This document shows, one piece after another, positions 40,576-52,178 of a stretch of 64,000 bases of DNA. The notes beneath the pieces are model-generated. The model searched no databases. It was not told where the DNA came from and was given only the letters and a program-made list of their open reading frames with translations. Made by a program: the position numbers and the translations under genes. The stretch's first letter is position 1. Every line of letters starts with the position of its first letter. The stretch is taken from NCBI GenBank assembly GCA_964036045.1, contig OZ038378.1, forward strand, positions 30,814,001-30,878,000, written 5' to 3'. The DNA is from Eutreptiella sp. 'Long Island Sound 2002'. Lineage: Eukaryota; Protista; Euglenida.

Positions 40576-42167
40576 GGCGCAACAAATCAACCTTGACAAA
40601 GAAGAAATGAAAACAATAATGGCAAGAACCAGACTGTTGGGTGTGGCCTTGTGTGCACAACACATTGGGTGTGCACTGGGATTTTTTTTCTTGGAATGGT
40701 GTTTAGTGATTGGTTGTATTTTGGGCGTAGCTGGCCTTGTATGCATAGCACATTGGAATGATGTCCAGTGATTGAGTATACATACGGCAAACCTCGGAAT
40801 GCTATCATGGCATCGTGCCCCTACCACTTCATCCTTTACACCTAGTCGCTCTGCCTTCTTAATTGTCATTCGCCAAGTGAGCCTTCACTAAAAGGCACAT
40901 TGGAATGTGCCAACGCCACAACTACACATTGAATTGTACATCGCCACATGACATTCGCTGAATGTTGTAGTTGTGATCAACTATCCAAATACCTATTGAC
41001 GTGTCCGTTTGTCTTTATCATTTGTGGTGAAAATACTTTCTTCAAATTTTTTGAACAGTTGTAACCAGTCACGCAGTTTGATGCTATAGTTGTGATCAAC
41101 CGTCCAAGGTCCAATGGACCGGTCTATTTATCGTTCTCATTTGCTGTGAAAATTTTTTGAACGGTTGTAACCACTCAGACAAATCATGTACCGCCTACAG
41201 ATTGGCCCGTTGCGAAAAAGCACAAATTGAGGCAGCACACCTAAAAACAATTGTTCGGAACCGTGTTTTCAACACGCCGCGGAGGTGTAAACCAAATGCT
41301 TCAAAGCACCGTTGCGTGTCGACAATCCAATAACAATTGCTAGGTATGATATCGGTCAAAACCAATCGAGATTGCATTGGTTGTTCAGTACAGTAACACA
41401 CTTTCATGGTTGATTTAGCCCATATTGCAGGCAACGGGTAGCACAAGGAGTGTGGGACACCAGGCATCACAAAATCGGTACTTTCACAACAATCAAACGT
41501 TACCAATTTCCGGGCTGGGCTTCCGTCAGTACCAAATGTGGTGCGTCTTTGTTTTTTATAGGCACGTGATCAACGAGTTTGCGAATGTTCATTCTCCTTG
41601 AAAACATGATCCTTTCCTTGACGATGGCTCTTTTGTCGGACACGCAAAAGATAATGCAACCACCCTCTTGGGCCCCTCTTGGCTGCTTCCTTTTTCTTGC
41701 TGAGGTTTGTGTGCCATTGATGTAGTACCCATGGGATGGGACATCTAAAAATGCGACAGATTGCAAACTATGAATTAGGGTGGACCAACCATATTTCATG
41801 TCACCAACACAATTGCTTCTCGCCCCATGCATTCAAACGCAAACATCCAATAGTGAGCATTGTGAATGGTCCCACACAAAGGGTGCTTACGGCATGTAGA
41901 TTCGCCAACTGTTGCTATAATACATGTTGTAAAATACATAGCAATTGAAGACAAGTGTTCCTTAGAGAACACTGCGCGGAATCAAGCACTAAGCAACACA
42001 TCGTCATTGTAGACACGGAAATCTTTAATTTGCAATATATACACAAAACGCCCATGCTGTGTTGTGGCTTGCGACAGAAACAATATTGCATAAAGAAGAC
42101 CAGCGAGTTTTCGCTACAAAATCAATATGATGTTGCGTAAAGCAATCAATCATTGCAAAACCAAACT

Positions 42168-42668
42168 TCACTTCTGACCAAAAAATTGGTCTAGAGTGCG
42201 TTGTTTGCAATCTGAGTCATGTGATTGTTTAGGCATTCGTAAACGTTGGTTGCCCGTGCGGGGTGGTTGCCCGTGCGGGGTGCTGCCTTTGCTGATGTGT
42301 CTTTCTTGTCGTTGAGGTTTCTGACTCTTCATGGCACGTTGTAGGCTCGTATGAGGCAACGCTTTTCGGGCTGCAAATGCAAAAATCGGAGCAATTTGCC
42401 GAGACTGTTGGGACAAAGTGTCGTCGGCCTTGGATGCGGAAGAGGACGAAGGTGTTGCTTGGACGCTCGTTGATGCAGCTGAAACAGACAACCCATCAGC
42501 CAACATATCTTTCATTAAACAGGCCCAAGCACGCTCGTCGTCCTCATTCCAAGAATAGAAATTTCGGCTGGGATCGTCATATGCAATCACCACGGGGGCG
42601 TACTCTGGGTGACTTTGCGCAAACATGTGTACTTTCTCAAGATCAAGTATAGACAAAATGGGGAACAT
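42168..42668 (-). CDS. 166-aa accessory protein: paralogue of the RepHel N-terminal domain, low-complexity linker and C-terminal PIP box (QRTLDQFF)
   Basis: Intact ORF from the Met at 42668. By hand alignment 21 of 59 positions are identical to RepHel residues MLPTLS..MMQSG (one 5-aa gap). The C-terminus KQRTLDQFFGQK* matches the PIP consensus QxxLxxFF. Confidence 0.75.
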   Translation of the reverse strand: MFPILSILDLEKVHMFAQSHPEYAPVVIAYDDPSRNFYSWNEDDERAWACLMKDMLADGLSVSAASTSVQATPSSSSASKADDTLSQQSRQIAPIFAFAARKALPHTSLQRAMKSQKPQRQERHISKGSTPHGQPPRTGNQRLRMPKQSHDSDCKQRTLDQFFGQK

Positions 42669-43071
42669 GGTGCAGACTCTACCATAAAACAAGGCGGAGA
42701 AGCGTGACATGACCTGACAAAGGACTATGGTCATATTCTGCCAATCTTTCACAAGTGGCACGGCATACAACACCATGGAAAACACTCTCGTTCCTACACG
42801 TAAGTGCACGAGGTTTTTGTTGCTGTGTGGTGATGGGTTGCACCAGCAGCGCCAACCTGCGTAGACGTAAAAAATCCCGGTGCAACTAACCAGCATTTGC
42901 CTAAATGAGTCCTAGCTGCTCCAATAGATTAGGCCACACAACAACAACATGCCCTTCGAGGGTGCACCGCTGGGTGCAACACGGCAATGTCGCTCACATT
43001 GCAAACGCAAGGGTGCAGCGAAGTCCAATTCAGACCCCTTTGCCGGTTGACAACCTTTAGTATGGTTTTTA

Positions 43072-44466
43072 TCATGGTGTATTGCCCACAACCTGACAGC
43101 CACGCAACACATCGATGTACGTTGCCCCATCGTGAAAGTACAACCATGTGGCGTCGCCTACGTACATCATTTTGCCAACACCCTTCAAAATGGGCTGCAC
43201 ATCTTGCGGTGTAAGGACCACAGGGAAAATCATGGGTTTCAGCGGTGCGGCCGCCTTGGCATTAGGAAATTTGGCAATAGCATTCAGTGTGTCCAGTGGA
43301 TTTTCGAACATGACCTTGGCCCCCGCTTGGGCGTCTACGGCCATGTAGTACGGTTTTAGGCCGGTGCCAATGACCGTTGCGAGCTCAATGTACGACTTCA
43401 CGGTTGCCACCGAGATCTCCGGGGCAGGAAGGTTGACAACCACGTATGAAGTGGAAGGACTTGGCTTTTCTTCCAAGGAGGCCAAAAAAGCCTCACAATC
43501 GCCATCAGACACATCATCGTCGATCTTATGCTCCGTTGCCGACTTGTAATAGAAGCGGCGTGCAACTTTAATGCGGTCTTCAGGCTTGGCTTGATTGAGC
43601 AACTATTTCAAACCCACCTGTAACTTGTCTATCACCTTCTTATCCAGTACGGCCGCCATCTTCGCACTGCAGAACGCCTTTTCAACATTGATGGGTGTTG
43701 GCTGGCCTTGCACAGTGTATGTCCATTTGGTCGTTTCTGCCCGCTGCCTTTTATCCGAATCCTCTTGGACCGTGGCAGGCGAACTTTCTGCGCTTTTGCC
43801 CGAACTTTTCTCAACGGCATCTGGTGCTTTTCTTTTCAGAGACCCAGAGCGAGTCTTCAACGGGGTCAATGCCATGTTGGGATCCACCCAAAGAAAAAAA
43901 TCGCACGCTTCGCACGAGTAGAATGAACGACCAGCATTCTTCGTGTTTGTGCACGAGTGTACTTCTGGCACCTCTCCGCAGTCACACCGTGGCTGACCAT
44001 CTGCCCCTTTGCAACTTGGGTGAATGATTGCCCAAGATTTGAAGCACTTGTCTTCTTTTTCCGGACATGAGCGCGTCAAACACCCGTAGTTTGCTTTGCT
44101 TGAGCAATATCGCACCTCAAACTTGTTGCCACACTTGCAGGGTTGCTTGATCCAGTATGCTTTGGCAGCGGCTGCACTATCGAATTCGATCTCAATATTG
44201 GAAGCCGACATGTCAACAACAACAATGATTCTACGTTTAGCAGAAGTGGTGCAGCCAGGTGCGTTCATTGCAACATCAACCATGTGATTCTTAGGATGTC
44301 TGTGAGCACCGGTGTCAACCAACGTATAGTATTGGGGCAAAACAATTGGAAAGTTGTTGCTCCGCCTTTTCATGTCAATGCCACCTGCACATCCAATGGG
44401 CACTTTTTCTTGGCTACCAAACCTTTGACGCCTAGAATCCATCATTTTTTGCTTGTCGGCTACCAA
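43072..44466 (-). pseudogene. Accessory ORF with two GRF-type zinc fingers and a possible RRM-like C-terminal domain, split by one in-frame TAG at 43603-43605
   Basis: CKCGNKFEVRYCSSKANYGCLTRSCPEKEDKCFKSW (degenerate GRF) and CDCGEVPEVHSCTNTKNAGRSFYSCEACDFFLWVD (canonical GRF). ORFs 43603-44466 and 43072-43602 are contiguous in one frame (TTG AAA TAG TTG CTC). The RRM call (YVVVNLP...AKVMFENPLDTLNAIAKF) is tentative. Confidence 0.75.
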
Positions 44467-44469
44467 ACC

Positions 44470-44960
44470 TTTGACGCCTAGAAATCATCATTTTTGCTTT
44501 TTGCTCTTTGCTTTACAGGAAATCTGAAGTTTAAACATAACTTTTTTGGCTTATCTTGGACCACACACATAACGCGTGTAACCCATTCGTAGTTTGCTTT
44601 GCTTGAGCAATATCGCACCTCAAACTTGTTGCCACACTTGCAGGTTTGCTTGATCCAATATGCTTTGGCAGCGGCTGCACCATCGAATTCGATCTCAATA
44701 TTGGAAGCGGAAATGTCAACAGCAACAATGATTCTACGTTTGGCAGACGTGGTGCAGCCTGGTTCGTTCATTGCAACATCAATCATGCAGCACGCCTGAT
44801 TCTTAGGACGTCTCGTGAGCAGTGGTGTCAACCAACGTATAGTATGGGGGCAAAACAATTGGAAAGTTGTTGCTCCGCCTTTTCATGTCAATGCCACCCG
44901 CATATCCAATGGGCACTTTTTCTTGGCTACCAAACCTTTGACGCCTAGAATTCATCATTT
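44470..44960 (-). repeat. Diverged ~480-bp tandem duplicate of the 5' part of the GRF ORF
   Basis: ~44570-44950 repeats ~44090-44475; ORF 44478-44858 repeats the peptide KRRIIVAVDISASNIEIEFDGAAAAKAYWIKQTCKCG. Confidence 0.85.
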
Positions 44961-45685
44961 TTGCTTTTTGTTTTTTGCTTTACGGGAAATCTGCAGTTTA
45001 AACAAACCTTTTTTGGCTTATCTTGGACCCAACACATACGCGTGTACCCCAACCGTAAAACCTACGCTGTACGTACTCAACACCACACTGCAATGCCAAA
45101 ACGAGGCGTTGAATGGTGATGATCACTTTGTTGGGGCCGGTAATGTAGTCCAATGAATTTCCTTTCTTCGGCATAGGGCTGCGCAATGTTGTGGATTGCG
45201 TTTGTGCTTTTGTAGGCCATTTTTGCTTTACATGCTTGTTGCGTGTCATGCCCGTCTTATAGAAGTTTTCCATCTCGCGTTCACCCCTACCACCAAAAGG
45301 CGGAGGTAACTTCCACGAGATTTCCCAACCCTCCAAGCGGTTTGGCTCTTACCCACGAAGGGCAACCCTGGTCAAAGGGCACATGACAACCCACCTTGGT
45401 GGAAGGATCACCGATTTCCAGGCTGGGACGCCCATGGAAATCGGAGTTGGGCCAAAGCCACACTCGACCATCCAAGGCCGCACTGTGCTGCATTTGATAC
45501 TATTCCACCCCCTTCACATTTGTGCTTTTACATGTGATGTGAGCAATACTTTGGGTCCCAGAAAAATGCCAACAAAGGCCCATGGTGTTGTGAGGTAGAC
45601 ACATTATCCAAACAAAGTAGACAAACCGGCATTGCAACCAAAGATGCACGCAAAATGGGCAGATGGTGACACGATGGGCTGTCAA

Positions 45686-46327
45686 TTACAAACGCATGTT
45701 GTAATTCGTTGTATATAAGATTGCACGCAGCTGCTCTAATAGGCGAGAGTCCGAGTCTTTGAAGACACTCATTGGCAAAATGTACACAATGCGACAGCTA
45801 CCACAACCGCGGTCAAATGCTTCAAGTGGTAAATGGGATACGGCATTGTCGCAGGACGTGTGCTTTGTCACCACAACAACGATATCATCCTCAGGGTAAA
45901 ACATGCCCTCTACCGATGCACGATTACAAATATAAAACGTGTTATGGAATAAGTTTATGCGGCGCAACCAACGGGGTTTCATTTCTATGGTACAATAAAT
46001 AGGAACAACCAATTTTTTGCATGGACACATGGGTTCACTAAGTGCCATGGACACCACCAATCCCAGAAACATGGATGGTGGAAATTGCATACTCGAGTAT
46101 TCGCGCGTATGATGAAACTCCCAAAATTGCAGTGGAAACAGCATTCGTCGTGACAAACAATTGAAAATATTTATTGTGAACCTATGATAGCAATGGACAC
46201 GCAAATTTGCATTGCGGAAGAAACGATGCCAAAAACACAGCTTTAGTGCCTCTAGAGGTGAAAGGAAACACAATATTATTTCAATCGTGTCGTACGAAAT
46301 GCTGCTTAATGAGCGACACATTGACAT
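45686..46327 (-). CDS. Intronless cargo ORF with a degenerate N-terminal F-box-like motif
   Basis: Open frame of ~213 aa from MSMCR. LSSISYDTIEIILCFLSPLEALKLCFWHRFFR resembles the F-box pattern; weak, motif-only evidence. Confidence 0.35.
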   Translation of the reverse strand: MSMCRSLSSISYDTIEIILCFLSPLEALKLCFWHRFFRNANLRVHCYHRFTINIFNCLSRRMLFPLQFWEFHHTREYSSMQFPPSMFLGLVVSMALSEPMCPCKKLVVPIYCTIEMKPRWLRRINLFHNTFYICNRASVEGMFYPEDDIVVVVTKHTSCDNAVSHLPLEAFDRGCGSCRIVYILPMSVFKDSDSRLLEQLRAILYTTNYNMRL

Positions 46328-47371
46328 TGTTTGAAGAGACACTAAACCGAATAGACGAGAGCAGGGTACAATGATGTGACACCATGGCACGGGATATATT
46401 GCTGGTCAAGGTGCTGCATTCTTTTCTTTTGATCAGGAATGGCTCATTGAGGTGTAGATGTGTGGGGCATATATTTCAACCCGTGACAAACAAACAAAGG
46501 CGGTTGTTGCACAAAACCGTTATGAGTCCGTCACATGGAAATCGTTTTCAAGCTTGAGGCAATCCAACAATAGTTGTAAAACGAATAAATAATTGGGCAG
46601 CCGATGCACTCACCGCCGAAATCTACAATACAATTGATGTGTTGGGATTGTACGTAGGATCACATATTGCATGGAACAAATGTACGATGTTTACACGCCG
46701 TTATATCCGTGGTTTTTGATGGTGTTGGTTGGACCTACTGAGGTGTGTTTTTTGGAACGCATTGTCACAAACAAACGTTGCGTTAACGCACGAAGTGATG
46801 ACACCACCTCACACCTCATAGGTCCCTTTACGTTTTTGTGCCCTCAATGCATAGGCTTCGGCCACGACGGCATCAGCAAAAGCCAAAAAGAGAAAGAACA
46901 TTTTTCCAAGTTACTGCAGAAAAAAAGGAAAAAATCGTGAAACAGAATTACGCTGGCGAAATCTCATAGGTTCAACCTGTCGAGGTGACTGACGACACTG
47001 AAGGCTTGTCATTGCTGACTGTAGAGTGCCTTTACTTTTTACAGGCATGTGAACAAAGAGTGCTGGAATGTTTGGTTTATTTTAAAAAAATGTTCTATCG
47101 TTTTTGACGATTCACATGGGCTTCTCGTGACGATTTTCTGGTTTCTAGAAAGGTCTATGCCCCATCAATGAAATACCCAATGGGATTGGACATGTAAGAA
47201 TGGCATGAATGGTACGCAAAACAAAAAACCCTCCGGCACGGCAAAAGACACACGTACCCATATGATCGGTCCGTTGTACTCAAAATGTACTCCACATTAA
47301 CCAAACTCCATTTTGCAATCCTCAACCCACCCCCGCCTTAGTGTCCTCTTCAAGGAGCCGCATGCCACTCG

Positions 47372-47410
47372 CTAACCCTAACCCTAACCCTAACCCTAAC
47401 CCTAACCCTA
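47372..47410 (-). repeat. Interstitial telomeric tract (TTAGGG)6.5
   Basis: Perfect (CTAACC)n, 39 bp, on the plus strand. Confidence 0.97.
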
Positions 47411-48519
47411 CCCTTCAGGATGCTGCAGCCCATGGTGTACATGAAATCTATGTAGCACTCGCGCATTGCTCAAACATCCATAAATTGCGGGCACTCCACT
47501 CCTTGGATTGAAATCGCCCATATTTTGGAGGACTATTGGATTTTGGAGGACACCTTTGGAGGATTATTCGGACTTTGCATTTTGCAATTACCACGAGATA
47601 GGATTGTCATGCACAACAAAAGGAAACAAGAAAACATATGTAGATTTCTCATCCATCACCATAGTTCCATTGAGCGGCGCAAACACCTCAGGTCTTGCAA
47701 GCTGGTAGCTGTGGAGCAACACTTGCTGAGCCTGCTCATATAAATGAGGATTTCAAACCTTCAAAAAAAAAAAGCAATGGTCCCTGGTAAAACGACTGAT
47801 GAAGATGATTTGTCAAATTTGCTCTCTTTGGGGTCCAACATTGCAGTTGCTTGCAACGGCCCTTTTTTTTTTCATGGTACTCATATTTTCCATGCAACAG
47901 GCCATCTTGCATATTGCAAAACCATTGTCTGCATGCACAGACTGACGACAAACAGACAGCAACAACACAAAATCAAATTCGACATCAATTCCGTTGCTGT
48001 TCTGTGTGAGCATGAATGTCCCTGCTGAACCTTCAAAACATAAGAATACATCACGAAATTGCACTTATTCAACCACAATGATGGAATGGCAGATTCGGAG
48101 GCCAAGAAACATTTCAATGAAAACCATGGTGGCCAGGATTGTGGAGTCAGACCCACTTCTGCTGCAGCATGAATGCGTTTAACAGAGCCCATATCTCAAA
48201 CCACCAACTTGCACTTGCGGTGAAATTGGACCAAGGGCCCGGCCATCCAGTGCGAGAGCTCTCAATTTGGCCAGCAGCTACGTTCTAAGGTGGAATGCAA
48301 TGTGGTGCAATTGGGAAAATCGGTTCGACATGCAGTGCCTTGATGATTCAACGCACTGCATGCCACAGCATGGCTTTTCGCACACCACAGTGCATGTTGC
48401 CTCATACAAAGAAGGGTTAGTTCAAATGTACCGCTGCAAGAGAAAAATGAAAAGTCACCATAGCACCGCTGCCGTTGCCTGGCTGTAGCAGCAGGTTGCC
48501 GCCAATCCCGATAGAATCA

Positions 48520-49450
48520 ACTTGCCAGGGACCTTCCTCCCGAATGTGATTCAGCGGTGAGACAAAGACTCCATGTCTTGAATGCATTCGTCATAGACAT
48601 GATCATTCGACAAACACATGTGGGGCCGGACCATCCATCCTGTCCCCGAAGAAATCCCAAGCAAAGCTGCGGTGGCGCACAGCTTTCTACCAAACGCAAA
48701 GAGGGTGGTGGAGAATCAAGGCCTGGTGCCTTGGGGTAGCATGCCGTCCACCAAGTGACGTGGTTACATCGCACAGAGGTTGAGACGATCGGAACAGCAT
48801 CCAATGATTCCACCGAGAATAAGCGCACTGGCAATCAAGCACAGTAATGGAGATGGTTGCAGATGTGGTGTAATGTTCCTTATTTCGTCAACCTGCGTGG
48901 TGCTGACCTTTGCGTGCGGAGGCGGCCTGGGGTCACGGACCGGTGAAGTGGTTGGATGTTGGCCCAATCGGACAGCTTGCCACCAATCCCGATAGAATCG
49001 ACTTGTCAGGGACCTTCCCCCCGAATGTGATTCAGTGGTGAGACAAAGACTGCATGTCTTGAATGCATTGGTCAAATACAGGATCATTCGACAAACACTT
49101 GTGGGGCCCGACCATCCATCCTGTCCCCAAAGAAATCGCAAGCAAAGCTGCGATGGCGCACAGCATTCCACCAAACGCAAAGAGGGTGGTGGAGAATCCA
49201 GGCCCGGTGCCTTGGGGTAGCATGCCGTCCAACAGGTGACGTGGTTACGTCGCACAAGGGTGAGACGATCGGAACAGCATGCAATGATTCCACCGAGAAT
49301 AAGCGCACTTGCAATCAGGCATAGTAATGGAGATGGTTGCACATGTGGTGTAATGTTCCTTATTTCGACATCCTGCGTGGTGCTGACCTTTGCGTGCGGA
49401 GGCGGCCCGGGGTCACGGACCTTTGAAGTGGTTGGATGGTGGCCCAATCG
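48520..49450 (+). repeat. ~481-bp tandem duplication
   Basis: cgaatgtgattcag(c/t)ggtgagacaaagact occurs at 48541 and 49022, and the following sequence is collinear. Confidence 0.88.
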
Positions 49451-49989
49451 GCAGTGGCTGCAGCATTCACCCCTCCAGAAGGCGTTTCACATTCGCGGTC
49501 CGCGTGCTCAGCACCGGCGATGTCCAAAGCGAGCAGAGCATTGGAAGCAGTCTTGACTTGGACTTCTGCAATGGAAGGGGGCACTGCCCAAGGTTGCAAT
49601 TCCTCGGGCCTCCATCAAGACGAAGGGTCCACCCAATCAGGCACGCAACTTACCAAATTCACTATCCCCTCCTTCGCTTTGCCCATCTCCACTTTCACCA
49701 GCGGTCGGGGGAGCTTGTGGTACTTTATACACAGATAGACAGGATGCGTCCTGGGCAAAATCGCCGAGGACATTCTTCGAATGCATGAGTACTAATGGAA
49801 TTCATGAATGTTAAGTTACAAACTTCAAAAGGAATGTCGGTGCCTAACGAAGCCAAAGAAAAATGAACAACTTCACCAACGCATGCTTCAAATGGCCTGT
49901 TGTTTTTCAACACCCACATTGGATGTCACGGACATCACTGTTTTGACCACCAGGCACCATTCGGGTACCAACCAATTTGCTGCTTTTCT

Positions 49990-50436
49990 TCAGTCGTCTT
50001 CATCCCATTCTCTTTCATCATCGCAGGAAAGGTCGATTGAAGAATCATCGGAGCACCAATCCGAGTTATATTCGGATCGGTGGTAGCAGCCGGATCCACT
50101 TCCGTAATCAACGCGTACTCCATCTTCCGCAAGCTGGGTGCATTGAGAACATGCACATTGTTCTCCACCCAGCAATTGACAGTGTTGGTTGCGAATCGCC
50201 CACCCAAGGCAATACCAACATGGCCTTGGGTCTCCAGGGTAACATCCGGCACATAATTTTGCCGCCACTTCCCGGATTTTCGGTAATCCCATCCGCCGTG
50301 CCTTTTGGTGCACTTGATCATGGCCAATGGGACTTTCGACATCGATATAGTCCAGCGGTCTCTTCTCTTCCTCCGTTCCTTGAAGAAGTGGGGGAGCCCA
50401 GCTTGGCAACGAAGCTGATGGTTGAGCCCGAGGCAT
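49990..50436 (-). CDS. 148-aa Cys-rich ORF with an acidic tail (CAGC..CWYC..CxCSQC); intact inverted copy at 54853-55305 (+), truncated copy at ~23500-23624
   Basis: The frame is open in two diverged copies with Cys spacing conserved; unknown family. Confidence 0.4.
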   Translation of the reverse strand: MPRAQPSASLPSWAPPLLQGTEEEKRPLDYIDVESPIGHDQVHQKARRMGLPKIREVAAKLCAGCYPGDPRPCWYCLGWAIRNQHCQLLGGEQCACSQCTQLAEDGVRVDYGSGSGCYHRSEYNSDWCSDDSSIDLSCDDEREWDEDD

Positions 50437-52178
50437 TATGTTTGATTGATGAGGTCTGAAATTGGAGCTTGTGTCAGTGCGTGTGAGCGTCAGGGCAAGG
50501 TAACAAAGGCAAGGAAGACATCATGCACGGCCGAGAAACATATTTCAAAAACAAAAAAAAGCAACGTTTTTGTATGAAAATGGAAAGAAACCATTTTGCA
50601 GGACCAAGAAACATTTTGCAAACAAAAAGACAAGGTTTTTGTATTGTTTTTTTGTCTAGTTTGAAAATTAGGCCAACTGGACCCACAACTGGTCAATGGA
50701 TTGAAAACTGGTCATTTTACCTTACAAACTGGCAATTGGAAGTTGCGCGTCATGCCCGACTTACAGGAGGTTTCCATCTCATGTTCACCCCTACCACCAA
50801 AAGGCGGAGGTAACTTCCACGAGATTTCCCAACCCTCCAAGCGGTTTGGCTCTTACCCACGAAGGGCAGCCCCGGTCAAAGGGCACATGACAACCCACCT
50901 TGGCGGAAGGATCACCAATTTCCAGGCTGGGCCGCCCATGGAAATCGGAGTTGGGCCGAAGCCACACTCGACCATCCAAGGCCGCGGTACATAGTACGCA
51001 ACACGTGGTAACTACACCAACCTCCATTTTGCAATCCTCAACCTACCCCCAGCCGAGTGGCTATGATTATTCGTGATGGCGAACGTTGGTGATCTGGAAC
51101 CCTTTGACCTTGTGCCATATACCTGCTGATATTCACCACACAAACTTCACCACAAAAAAAAAGCAATGGTCACCGGTAAAACAACTGATGAAGATGATTT
51201 GTCAAATTTGCTCTCTTTGCAGGATTGTGCAGCCACACACCCTTCTGCTGCAGCATGAATGCGTTGAACAGGGCCCATATCTCAAACGACCAACTTGCAC
51301 TTGAATCGAAATTGGACCAAAGGACCGGACATGCAGACCCACTTCTGCTGCAACATGAATGTGTTTAACAGAGCCCATATCTCAAACCACCAACTTGCAC
51401 TTGAATTGAACATTAAATAGCACCCATTGTAAAATCATCCACAATTAAGCAACTCAAAACCCCCATGCGGGGGTGTGTCCTTCTCTTGGGGGGTAGCTAT
51501 CTTCTCTAGCTAGCAGCCCTCATTGGGACACATGTAAGTAACCACTTCCACACAAAAACATTTCAACTCAAAAACTCCACTTATGCACTACTTACGTATT
51601 TGGGTTGTGCACCTTGCTCTTCCTCCCGTACCAACTATTTGCAGAAAAAAATTGACACCCCCAACTCATGATTGTTGCTTGTTGGTAGACCCCTCCCTCC
51701 CTTTGAGTAGTGGTGTGAATCTTAATCTATTTCGATGCTTTCACTGAGGTGGTGTTGTAAATAAGTAGTCAGTTTCAGTTTTTTGCGCCAGTCCAATGGG
51801 TTTGCATGTCATAGTTTGTGTGTGGCTTGCTGTTTTTGCATGCTATTTTTTCTGGTTTTGTTTGATTGCAAGTGTGAGGGGATCATAGAATTTCAGCGCG
51901 TCACTCCCTGCTCTGCACCTATCAAGGTAAATAGCCCTGAGTAGCCGGGGCTGGAGGAGCGCTGGCCATTCCATCCACTGTCCATCCCACACAGTGGGGA
52001 ATCTACCCATACAGGCCGTCAGGACAGCTTCAGGGTGGCGGGCAAAGGCGGGCAACTCCAGACACCCAGGTCAACCCCAGGTCTGACCTACCCTTCAGGG
52101 TGCTGCAGCCCATGGTGTACATGAAATCCATGTTGCACTTGTGCATCGCTCAAACATCCATCAACTGCGGGCACTCCA

